NCBI GenBank assembly: GCA_900766735.1
Contig: CAAFWO010000040.1
Span: 7,896 to 71,895, forward strand
Length of the DNA stretch: 64,000 nucleotides
Direction: 5' to 3'
Source of the DNA: Clostridia bacterium
GTDB taxonomy: Bacteria; Bacillota; Clostridia; CAKSNL01; HGM11501
Position 1 is the stretch's first letter. Each line of letters opens with the position of its first letter. Both the position numbers and the translations under genes were made by a program. Shown in pieces: positions 12,769 to 21,148 of the stretch. The notes under the pieces were generated by a model, which did no database searches, was not told the DNA's origin, and saw only the letters and a program-made list of their open reading frames with translations.

Positions 12769-13203
12769 ATGAATATGCGTGGGAGAAGGTGGCAAAATAA
12801 GATGATAGAGAGGCATGAGATGGTTATTAGAGTATTGCCGATCGTTATGCTATGCATAATTTTTTGTGGTTTAATTGTTTGTTCTACGAAATTAAAAAAC
12901 AAAAACACAAATGATATAAAAATTGGTAAAAATATAACTATTGAAATTCTAGATGGAGAAAACGTGAGCGCGGATTATCTTAGAAATATTTTAAAAGGAA
13001 CAACAGTTGAATCGAATCCATTTTTTATAATGATGGATGACAAAGATCTTGAAAGGTTAATTGAATATATGGAGGAAAATAAGTATAAAATAGGGGCTGG
13101 GACATATACGATTAACCAAGGTTGGAGATTTGATAATGGGGAGTTTGTTACATGGAGTGGGGAAAAAAGAAAAATTTTTGTCTTTGAAAAGGCTATTGGT
13201 TAA
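12769..13203 (+). CDS. hypothetical N-terminally membrane-anchored small protein
   Basis: 144 aa; one TM helix (VLPIVMLCIIFCGLIVC) then hydrophilic domain; start may be an internal Met. Confidence 0.4.
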   Translation: MNMRGRRWQNKMIERHEMVIRVLPIVMLCIIFCGLIVCSTKLKNKNTNDIKIGKNITIEILDGENVSADYLRNILKGTTVESNPFFIMMDDKDLERLIEYMEENKYKIGAGTYTINQGWRFDNGEFVTWSGEKRKIFVFEKAIG

Positions 13204-13230
13204 TAAAAATCTAAATCATTCAAATAAAAG

Positions 13231-13246
13231 AGATAACGGAGAGTTA
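13231..13246 (+). repeat. 16-bp direct repeat AGATAACGGAGAGTTA (copy 1), cassette-junction motif
   Basis: identical 16-mer also at 13886-13901; both immediately 3' of a small membrane-anchored ORF and preceded by an A-run. Confidence 0.7.
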
Positions 13247-13318
13247 TACTATTAATCTTGAACGCTCTATCAAAAAACATATGATGAAATCAGTTTTATC
13301 AGTGATCGGAGAAGAAAA

Positions 13319-13870
13319 ATGATAAGAAATGTTAAGAAAGCAATTGGTATTATCATTATTTTGTGCAGTATAGTTTTAGCTTATATTATACTCCCTTGGG
13401 CAGGAATGTTTCTTGAAATGGTTTTGATGCCAAATCCTCAAAAACCACAAATTACATATGGAGAATTTCCTTTTAGGTTAGTGTATGAAATAGATAATAA
13501 AACAATTGTAGTGGAAGACACATTAATATGTGAATATGATGGGTATGCCGCGGATACAGCAAGCGGAAAATATCGAACGTGGAAATCTCATTTAAGAAGT
13601 GGAAACGCACATATTACATTGTTTAAGAATGAAAATTTAGAAATTTTTTACACACCTGATGTTAATCAGCACGCGGCTGGAGTGTATATGGGAGACACAG
13701 AAATTTATAGCAGTATAAATGAGGCTTTCCCTAATGCATGGCAAACCTACATTTTTAATGACAGGCAATCAAGCGCATATATAATATCCGCAGATGATAT
13801 GTGGGAAAAGTATAAGTTGCGTTTAATCAGTTGGGAAATTGCTCCGCCGATAGAGAATAACTTCAAATAA
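13319..13870 (+). CDS. hypothetical N-terminally membrane-anchored protein
   Basis: 183 aa; TM helix AIGIIIILCSIVLAYIILPWAGMFL then soluble domain. Confidence 0.45.
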   Translation: MIRNVKKAIGIIIILCSIVLAYIILPWAGMFLEMVLMPNPQKPQITYGEFPFRLVYEIDNKTIVVEDTLICEYDGYAADTASGKYRTWKSHLRSGNAHITLFKNENLEIFYTPDVNQHAAGVYMGDTEIYSSINEAFPNAWQTYIFNDRQSSAYIISADDMWEKYKLRLISWEIAPPIENNFK

Positions 13871-13885
13871 AAGTTTCCACAAAAA

Positions 13886-13901
13886 AGATAACGGAGAGTT
13901 A
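13886..13901 (+). repeat. 16-bp direct repeat AGATAACGGAGAGTTA (copy 2) at the AT-rich/GC-rich junction preceding an RHS-core fragment
   Basis: identical to 13231-13246. Confidence 0.7.
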
Positions 13902-13922
13902 CAAATAAGAGAATGCCCTCCG

Positions 13923-14273
13923 GTGAGGTTTGATGAAAAGCCTCCCCGGAGGCGCAAAAGCACAATTGCAGGGAGCGAGCGCGTCGAGTTCGGTTATGAC
14001 AGCGCAGCTCTATTAACAAAAAAGGAAATATCGTCTAAACTCGGAATAGAAGCCATAACGGCGTATGAGTACGCCAAGAACGGAAACCTTAAGAAAAAAG
14101 TGGACTTTTACGGAATCCACTCAAAGACCGAGACATACACATACACCGCGTTCGGCGAGCTTAAAACTGCCGAGGGGAGGTACACTTGTCAACGGAAGCA
14201 ATGCCAGCACATATATGAAATAGTTAGGCTTAAGGGGAGGCACAATACCCAATTTAAAGATATCAAAATTTAG
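13923..14273 (+). pseudogene. RHS/YD-repeat core fragment (degenerate)
   Basis: GC-rich ~300 bp patch in AT-rich DNA encoding YD-repeat-like text (VEFGYDSAAL…AITAYEYAKNGNLKKKVDFYG…YTYTAFGELKTAEGRYT) then out-of-family tail; a +1 frame continues TLVNGSNASTYMK*. Confidence 0.5.
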
Positions 14274-14313
14274 CGAAATTTTCATGAATAACTCTTTTAC
14301 TTATAGCGGAGCC

Positions 14314-14329
14314 TATAACTCTCTGTTAA
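14314..14329 (-). repeat. inverted, one-mismatch copy of the 16-bp junction repeat (TTAACAGAGAGTTATA on minus strand)
   Basis: 14/15 identity to TAACGGAGAGTTATA in reverse complement; between RHS fragment and membrane ORF. Confidence 0.4.
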
Positions 14330-14332
14330 ATT

Positions 14333-14785
14333 ATGCATATTTGTATAATCGGAATAGCCCTTGGGCTCAACAGGCTTCCAAAGCTTCGTATGCGAATGCT
14401 GCAATTAGAAAGTGAGGGGCAAATGATGTATTATTTATTAAATTATGTTCCCAATATGCTCTATATATTAATTCTTGCTATACCTATAAAGGTAAATCCA
14501 GTTTTGTTTTTTATTATGTACCTATTTGTTCAACCAATATATTTGTTGATTGTTAATGTGCCGTTTGTTTGTAAAAAAACGACATCATATACTAAATGCA
14601 TTGTATGCATGGTTTCAACAATTATATTCAATGCGGTATTGACTATAGCCATTCATAAAATACGGACGGGATATTTTATAGGCGATGTACCGGAGGGATT
14701 ATATTATTTAATGGTAGGGATGCCGATTTTGATTATAGTTATCGGGTTAGGCATAATATGTTGCATAAGAAATAGAATGCTTTGA
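14333..14785 (+). CDS. small polytopic membrane protein (4 predicted TM helices), candidate immunity protein
   Basis: 150 aa, very hydrophobic (LYILILAIPIKVNPVLFFIMYLFVQPIYLLIV… LIIVIGLGIICCI). Confidence 0.45.
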   Translation: MHICIIGIALGLNRLPKLRMRMLQLESEGQMMYYLLNYVPNMLYILILAIPIKVNPVLFFIMYLFVQPIYLLIVNVPFVCKKTTSYTKCIVCMVSTIIFNAVLTIAIHKIRTGYFIGDVPEGLYYLMVGMPILIIVIGLGIICCIRNRML

Positions 14786-14810
14786 TGCTGTAACCAATCA
14801 GAAATATTCT

Positions 14811-15857
14811 TTGTTAAATATCGTCGGCGAAAGCGTTGACGGGGTGAACTATACATACTCAAGAGGGACGGACCTTTTGGGCTACACCTCAAGCCTTGGT
14901 GAAACGGTGTATTACCGCACGAACGTTCATGGGGACGTTAAGGAGCTTGTCAACGTTTTCGGGGAGAGTCTGGAGCGCTATGACTACAACGCATACGGTG
15001 CGGAGAATGAGGATTACAACCCTTTCCGCCGTATGTTTGGGAAAAAGAACGTGCATAATCCTTTCCGCTATACGGGAGAATATACCGACTCCGAAACGGG
15101 ACTTGTGTACCTTCGTAACCGAATGTACGACCCGGAAACGGGACGTTTCATAAGCGAGGACACACACTGGAACATTGACAACTGTATATACGGCGATGCC
15201 ATAGACGGCAACAGACCGACAACGCCTGACATCGGGGCAATTATCCAATCAAACAATCTATATGTATACTGCATGGGCAATCCTATCATGTATGTTGACT
15301 ATGAGGGAGAGTTTGTAATTTCCACAGCCTTAATCGTTGGAATTTCCATTGGAGCGTTGATAGGAGCTGGAATAGGCGCTTATGTTGGCTATCAAGTAGC
15401 GGAAAAAGTCGGAGTAGAGGAACCTGAACGATGGAAATTTGTTGTTGGATATGGGTTGGGAGGAGCATTAATTGGCGGTACTATTGGCGGGGTGATTGGA
15501 TATGGCATACATGCCGCAATAGGAGTAGCAGCTGGAAGTAGCGCAACGGCTGTATCAATCCAAAATGCAATATCTAATGTTGATGCATCAAGAATTAATC
15601 ACATATTAAATGGGTCTAAAGGAAACGATCATATGTGGGAAAAGCTTATGAATAAGGTTGATTGGAACGGCGTTAGATATTATATACAGGAGACAATGAA
15701 AACAGGTGAAACGATTTTGAAGAATAAATATGTAAACAACGATGTAACTACTATGGTCTATGAAACGGTACAAGAATATAACGGTGTAACTGTTAAGGTT
15801 ATTTATAATGTTATACATGGGATTGTCAATATAACCGATGCTTATGTGGTTTCATAA
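14811..15857 (+). CDS. 5'-truncated RHS/WapA-type toxin module: end of RHS core (RYTGEYTDSETGLVYLRNRMYDPETGRFISED…NLYVYCMGNPIMYVDYEGE) + glycine-zipper TM segment + ~110-aa C-terminal domain of unknown type
   Basis: TTG start assigned by ORF track; in-frame sequence continues upstream to a stop at 14766 (…TNQKYSLLNIVGESVDGVNYTYSRG), i.e. no N-terminal RHS body. Classic RHS core-end motifs are present. GxxxG-rich segment ALIVGISIGALIGAGIGAYVGY…GYGLGGALIGGTIGGVIGYG. C-terminal domain contains INHILNGSKGNDHMWEKLMNKVDWNG. Confidence 0.6.
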   Translation: MLNIVGESVDGVNYTYSRGTDLLGYTSSLGETVYYRTNVHGDVKELVNVFGESLERYDYNAYGAENEDYNPFRRMFGKKNVHNPFRYTGEYTDSETGLVYLRNRMYDPETGRFISEDTHWNIDNCIYGDAIDGNRPTTPDIGAIIQSNNLYVYCMGNPIMYVDYEGEFVISTALIVGISIGALIGAGIGAYVGYQVAEKVGVEEPERWKFVVGYGLGGALIGGTIGGVIGYGIHAAIGVAAGSSATAVSIQNAISNVDASRINHILNGSKGNDHMWEKLMNKVDWNGVRYYIQETMKTGETILKNKYVNNDVTTMVYETVQEYNGVTVKVIYNVIHGIVNITDAYVVS

Positions 15858-15934
15858 AAACGGAGGTGGCATGATAATTAACAGAGTAAGCATTTAATTA
15901 TATTGAGGATAAAGAACTATGGGAGGGAGTTACA

Positions 15935-16456
15935 ATGACTGATGTAAATAAAAACATCGAAAAGATCAGGCAAATCAAAAGTGAAAAAAAGCGGAACAGG
16001 GAGGCAATTTCATTTCTGTGTGACATTGTTGCAAGTCAAAATGACGATGAGCTTAAGAAAAGCTACGAGAATATAATTTATTTTAATATCGACATGTTCC
16101 TCGAAGCATTGGCAAGAAAGAATAAGGCTGATACAACTGAAATGGTGTTTTCAATGCTTGCACAGGAATTACTTAATGAATACACTAATTGGCTGTTTTG
16201 GAAGAGAAAAGAGTTAAATGCTGACAACATAGATGTCTGCATGTCCGTTGCACAGACGGTTTTTTATCTGTCATTTAAATACCGGGAAGTTGTAGATGTA
16301 ATGGAGTATGTATTAAAATCTCCTAATATAACACTGCGGCAAAGGCAGTCGGCATACGATTATCTTTGCTCGGACAATCCGGAAATTACGGGGTATCTCG
16401 GTGAAGAAAAAATTGAAAAATATAAAAAAGAGCGCCTTAAGTATGCCGGAAATTAA
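15935..16456 (+). CDS. hypothetical alpha-helical protein, candidate cognate immunity protein
   Basis: 173 aa ORF starting 78 nt after the toxin module stop, same strand. Confidence 0.45.
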   Translation: MTDVNKNIEKIRQIKSEKKRNREAISFLCDIVASQNDDELKKSYENIIYFNIDMFLEALARKNKADTTEMVFSMLAQELLNEYTNWLFWKRKELNADNIDVCMSVAQTVFYLSFKYREVVDVMEYVLKSPNITLRQRQSAYDYLCSDNPEITGYLGEEKIEKYKKERLKYAGN

Positions 16457-16665
16457 AAAGGCCGACGAACGGCTCGGTAACGTATTCGTACAACGCGGAC
16501 GGGACGGTGAAACAGTCGATCCGCACCAAACAGGGCAAAATCGTATACAGTGAGCGCTACGAGTACGACAAAAACGGCAACCGCGTGTTTTCCGAGGAAA
16601 ACGGTGAGATCAGAGACTACTGGTACGATGAGAACAACCGCCTTAAGAAAAAAACACCGCGATAG
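16441..16665 (+). pseudogene. start-less YD-repeat (RHS core) fragment
   Basis: frame-1 translation …VTYSYNADGTVKQSIRTKQGKIVYSERYEYDKNGNRVFSEENGEIRDYWYDENNRLKKKTPR*; GC-rich; no start codon after stop at 16438-40; the track ORF 16550..16741 is in a different, spurious frame. Confidence 0.6.
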
Positions 16666-16676
16666 CGGTGTTTTTC
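16654..16676. terminator. bidirectional hairpin terminator (ACACCGC-GATA-GCGGTGT) between YD fragment and recombinase gene
   Basis: 7-bp GC-rich stem flanked by A7 upstream and T4 downstream. Confidence 0.6.
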
Positions 16677-16680
16677 TGTA

Positions 16681-17724
16681 CTATTTTTCCGGAATCTCGC
16701 GGCTTCGCATGATCTCTTTTTTTGCTTTTGAGCTATACTGAGCATAGAATTTATGCGTGACCTCGATATTTTTATGCCCCATGAGCTCGGCAACCATTTT
16801 AATGTCCACGCCTTCCTCCAGGAGGGTGCACGCAAACGTTCTCCTAAGCGCGTGAGGACGTGTTTTATCCTTATTTGTGATTCCGGCGGCAAGGCAATAT
16901 GTTTTAAGATTATGCTCAACGCTTGAAATCGTGAGCCTGTCGCCGTTTCGTGAAACGAATAGGGCAGAGGTGTTATAATTTTGCTCTTTTCGCCATTCGA
17001 GATACTCCAAAAGCTCATTTTCGACCTGAACCGGCATAAAAATCTCGTCCTCATTTCCGCCTTTTCGGGTGACTGTGAACGACGATGTTTCAAAATCAAT
17101 GTCCGAAACGTCAAGATTTACCAGCTCAGAAACACGAACACCTGTTCCTAAATAGGTGAGATAGAGCGCAACATCGCGCTTTTTGCGGTTCAGATATTCT
17201 GTCAGAAGGCGACCCTTAAAGTATTTTTCGCCGTTTAGTATCACATCCATAAGCCGCATAGTCTCCTGGAGAGTGAGAGGCTTTTTGATCTTCTGAACAA
17301 GCTTATTCATATCAACTTTAAGTGTGATATTCTGCGAAATTTTGTCAGTCTTATAAAGATATGAAAAGAGACTCCTGAGTGACGACATTTTGCGGTTGAT
17401 GCCGAAAGAGGAATTTCTGTGCGTGCGGCTGTAGGGCTGGCCGTCAGCGTCCGTATATGTCAGCGTGTATTGCTTTAAGTATGATTTATATTCCAACAGA
17501 TCGTCAACGCTGATTTGCTCCATATCGTTTTCGGAAAATTCTTCAAGAGAGTCGTATGGGAATTTTTTTGTCACGAGCAGGAAGCTTAAAAATATTTTAA
17601 TGTCTAAAGCAAAGGCGAGCTGAGTGTTGACGGATTCACCGTCATAATAATAGTCGATAAACCTGAAAACAAAGTCAGGCAGTTCCGACAGATAATTTCT
17701 CAGTGTATTTTGCTTATCAGCCAT
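16681..17724 (-). CDS. tyrosine site-specific recombinase/integrase (XerC/XerD-like)
   Basis: 347 aa; C-terminal catalytic region with RPHALRRTFA…LMGH…Y signature (R-H-R-H/Y of tyrosine recombinases), N-terminal core-binding domain. Confidence 0.85.
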   Translation of the reverse strand: MADKQNTLRNYLSELPDFVFRFIDYYYDGESVNTQLAFALDIKIFLSFLLVTKKFPYDSLEEFSENDMEQISVDDLLEYKSYLKQYTLTYTDADGQPYSRTHRNSSFGINRKMSSLRSLFSYLYKTDKISQNITLKVDMNKLVQKIKKPLTLQETMRLMDVILNGEKYFKGRLLTEYLNRKKRDVALYLTYLGTGVRVSELVNLDVSDIDFETSSFTVTRKGGNEDEIFMPVQVENELLEYLEWRKEQNYNTSALFVSRNGDRLTISSVEHNLKTYCLAAGITNKDKTRPHALRRTFACTLLEEGVDIKMVAELMGHKNIEVTHKFYAQYSSKAKKEIMRSREIPEK

Positions 17725-17760
17725 AATATCCTCCGTACATTCAAAACGGGTGTTCCAATT

Positions 17761-17782
17761 CAGATAAATAGTTATTTATCTG
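17761..17782. repeat. perfect 10-bp inverted repeat CAGATAAATA-GT-TATTTATCTG upstream of recombinase gene
   Basis: palindrome 37 nt upstream of integrase start codon; between integrase and glycosidase gene end. Confidence 0.6.
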
Positions 17783-17823
17783 AAAATAATCACATTAAAC
17801 CCCGTATATTCCCCGGTTTGTTT

Positions 17824-19195
17824 TTAAATTTCCAAAGTAAGCTCTTTGTCTTTTTTTAGTGTGTAGTCTTTACCGTTAATGCTTAAAGTGCCGCTGCCTT
17901 TCGTCGCGGTAACAGAAAGCGAGTTCCCGTCAAGCTTAATTTTAACTTCTCCGCCCATGATCGGAACACTTCCTTCGATAAATCCGAATCCGCCAAGATG
18001 CGGCTTTACGCTGAAGGTTTCAAACCCCGGACTTGTCGGATAAACACCCATGAAAAATCTTCCCAGAAGATATATCGGCGCTGCTCCCCACGCGTGGCAG
18101 AGCGATTTATCGTATTTCTTTCCGTACATCGCATAATGCTCATCACCGGTAAGCGACGGGTCGAATTCCTCCCAGACTGTGGTCGCGCCTAGGTCGAACA
18201 TTCCCTTCCAGTATGTTCTGATCTTATTTTCGATAAAATCAAATTCCGAGAGCTTGCCCATCACCTCGAGCTCGTAACCCTCAAAATACGGGGTTGTGAT
18301 CTTTTCTATCTCGTCGTTAAACAAAACATTTTTACAGATGCTCTCCGCCTGCTCCTTTGACGCGATGTCATAAAGAATCGCGAAAATATTCGCGTGGCGC
18401 GTCACATTTCGTTTGCCGGACTCATAATTGTCGATATAGGCGCCCCTCTCTCCGTCCCAGAAAAATGCATTAACTTTTTCCTTGAGGATTTGGGCTTCTT
18501 TTTCGAATTTAGATTTGTCATCGCCGACAATTTCGGACAACTTTGCCATTGAGTTATTTGCCGCTATGTATAGCATCTGCTCAGCGCTGATGCAGGATTC
18601 GCCGGATTTATCGATATTTGCCCAGTCGATGAATATCCAGTCGCCCGGAACGCATTTTATAAAGCCTTCTCCGTTCACGCGTTTCCGGCAGAAATCCAGA
18701 AGCGACACAGCTTTCGGATATATGAATCTTATAAATTCATCGTCCTTATAAAACAGATAGTACTCATAGAGCCCGATTATCCAGAAAAGACTGTAATCGG
18801 CGATAGTGTTTATGTGTTCATAAACCGGTTCTTCCCCACGCAATGCAATTGTACTGCGCCTTATTATCTCCTTATCAAAGAAAAGGTAGTTGTTGAATTT
18901 ATACGCCTGGTACGCGTCGCCGCCCCAAAGCCAGCGGTCACGCTTAACAGCCTCTAACTGCACCTCGCGTGAGGTGAGCAAAAGCGTGTATGCGCACATA
19001 TCCCAAATCTTATTAACATCGTCCGAGTCCGAGTGAAACGAGCCCTTATATTCAAGCGGAAGGTACTCAAAATCGGCCGAAACTTTTAAATCCGAATGCG
19101 AGCCCGGAATGAAGATATAGCGAAAAGCGCGCGGACGCAGTCTATAGCTCGTTTTCCCTGAAATATCTCATAATCGCCGTAGTTCCACATCCAGT
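17824..19195 (-). pseudogene. six-hairpin glycoside hydrolase (alpha-L-rhamnosidase/GH78-like), N-terminus in a different frame
   Basis: 391-aa ORF 17824..18999 continues in-frame upstream to 19140 without a start (…IFIPGSHSDLKVSADFEYLPLEYKG…); a likely N-terminus (VTKAYWMWNYGDYEIFQG…) is in another frame at ~19195, frameshift ~19120-19170. Confidence 0.45.
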
Positions 19196-19304
19196 ACGCT
19201 TTTGTCACAAATGTTTCCCTCCGATATTTATACAAAGTTTTTCAAAAAAGAAATCTGCTTTAACAGCCATATCCAGCTGGACCAAAAATGCGCCTATATT
19301 CATT

Positions 19305-21014
19305 TTAAGCCTCCACTAAAGCTCTTAATTCGTTGATAAGTGCGGCAGAGATCTTTTCTGCCTGCGCCTTGGAATCCGCCTTTGCTCCGACATAAATTTT
19401 AAGCTTCGGTTCTGTTCCCGAAGGACGAAGAACCGCCCAAAGACCATCCTCGAGCTCAAAATAGAGCACATTGGATTTCGGAAGTGTCAACGGAGAAGTA
19501 TTGTTATTAACAAAATCTTTTCTGACTCTCTCGTCATAATCGCGAAGTGCCAGAACCTTAAATCCGGCCAGAACCGTGGGCGGATCGTGTCTTACTTTAG
19601 TCATCGAGGCCTTGATCTCGTCCGCACCCTTAAGCCCCTCTCTGACAATGTTATAAACGCCCTCTTTATGCCAGCCATATTTATTATAAAGGTCACAAAG
19701 CGCGTCATACAGTGTTTTGTTTTTAAGGCTGTAGAATGCCGCCATCTCGGCGATCAGCATCGATGCAACGACCCCGTCTTTATCACGGGCATGGATTCCG
19801 GCAAGGTAGCCATAGCTTTCCTCAAATCCGAAGACATAGTGCATATCGCCCTCTTCCTCGTTGCTCTTTATAAGCTCACCGATGTATTTGAATCCTGTCA
19901 GGCACTCAAACATCGCCACGTTATACGATTTACAGATATTTCTTATAATATCGGTCGTTACGATGGTTTTGACCACAAAGGGATTTTTGGGCATTGTGCC
20001 CTTCTCGGTGCGCTGTGAAAGAATGTATTCGCAAAGGAGCGCGCCGACCTGGTTGCCCGTCATCGTGACATATTCCCCGTCGGAATTTTTAACGACGATA
20101 CCCACTCTGTCACAATCGGGATCTGTTCCTAAAATCAGGTCAACATCAAGCTTTTTTGCCATTTCGATGCCGATCGTGAACCCTTCCTTGTCCTCCGGGT
20201 TGGGCGATTTGACCGTCGGAAAGTCACCGTCCGGAACGCACTGCTCTTTAACGGTGTAGACATTCTTAAGCCCGATCGCATTAAATGCCTTCATAACGGG
20301 CTTATAGCCTGTTCCGTGGAACGGAGTGTATATGATCTTGAAGTTATCTGCCGCCTCTTTGACCGCATCGGGATTGATCTGCTGGGTCAGCACAGCATTC
20401 AAAAATTCATTTTCAATATCTTCACCGATAAGCGAGATGAGCCCTTCGTTGACCGGCGCATCAAACTCCTCGAAAAGAGGCATTGACTTTATAATGTTAA
20501 CGATACTGTCTGCCGTCTCGGGCCCGATCTGGCAACCGTCGTCGCCATATACCTTATAGCCGTTATATTTTGCCGGGTTGTGGCTTGCGGTGACCATGAT
20601 GCCGGCAGAACACTTTAAGTATCTCGTCGCGAAGCTGACCTCCGGAACGGGTTTAAGCTCTTCGAAAAGATAGACCTTGATGCCGTATCTTGTGAGCGTT
20701 TCCGCCGCTTCTTTAGCAAAAACATCGGACTTATGGCGCGAGTCATAGCCGATCACAACGCTCGGGTTCTCGATTTTTTCAGAAAGCAGATGCTTTGCAA
20801 GTGCCTTTGTTGCTCTCCTCACAACATAGATATTCATTCTGTTTGTACCCGCGGCAATGATTCCGCGAAGACCGGCCGTTCCGAACGCAAGCTCGGCGCC
20901 GAACCTTTCTTTTATCTCGGTGTCATCGCCTTTTATCGCTTCAAGCTCGCTCCGAAGTTCGGGGTCGAGCTCTTTATAGTTAAGCCATTCGTTATACTTA
21001 TCAATGTAGGTCAT
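19305..21014 (-). CDS. phosphoglucomutase/phosphomannomutase (alpha-D-phosphohexomutase family)
   Basis: 569 aa; active-site TASHNP, metal-binding GTDPDCDR, sugar-binding GFEESYG. Confidence 0.9.
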   Translation of the reverse strand: MTYIDKYNEWLNYKELDPELRSELEAIKGDDTEIKERFGAELAFGTAGLRGIIAAGTNRMNIYVVRRATKALAKHLLSEKIENPSVVIGYDSRHKSDVFAKEAAETLTRYGIKVYLFEELKPVPEVSFATRYLKCSAGIMVTASHNPAKYNGYKVYGDDGCQIGPETADSIVNIIKSMPLFEEFDAPVNEGLISLIGEDIENEFLNAVLTQQINPDAVKEAADNFKIIYTPFHGTGYKPVMKAFNAIGLKNVYTVKEQCVPDGDFPTVKSPNPEDKEGFTIGIEMAKKLDVDLILGTDPDCDRVGIVVKNSDGEYVTMTGNQVGALLCEYILSQRTEKGTMPKNPFVVKTIVTTDIIRNICKSYNVAMFECLTGFKYIGELIKSNEEEGDMHYVFGFEESYGYLAGIHARDKDGVVASMLIAEMAAFYSLKNKTLYDALCDLYNKYGWHKEGVYNIVREGLKGADEIKASMTKVRHDPPTVLAGFKVLALRDYDERVRKDFVNNNTSPLTLPKSNVLYFELEDGLWAVLRPSGTEPKLKIYVGAKADSKAQAEKISAALINELRALVEA

Positions 21015-21111
21015 AATATTAACTCCTTTGCTTATAATTTACCAAAGATATTATACCACAAATCATCCCGTGAGTAAAGAGTTTAAATTGCCGGATCGCC
21101 CCGAAAAAGGC

Positions 21112-21143
21112 AAAAAAGTTCCGATTCATAAGAATCGGAACTT
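21112..21143. terminator. bidirectional rho-independent terminator (GTTCCGATTC-ATAA-GAATCGGAAC)
   Basis: 10-bp perfect stem flanked by A6 and T6; follows stop of ispH-S1 gene on minus strand. Confidence 0.75.
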
Positions 21144-21148
21144 TTTTA

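Noticed and set aside
13231-14329. Possible CRISPR array suggested by repeated 16-mers
   Set aside because: There are only two exact copies plus one inverted degenerate copy, with spacings of 655 and ~410 bp. Units are not regularly spaced, and there is no cas gene nearby. The pattern is more consistent with junction or recombination repeats.
16550-16741. Track ORF of 63 aa (MSATSTTKTATACFPRK…) across the YD fragment and terminator
   Set aside because: It is in the wrong frame. The biologically meaningful reading of this GC-rich patch is the start-less YD-repeat frame 16441-16665. The 63-aa product is Thr/Arg-rich nonsense running through a hairpin terminator.
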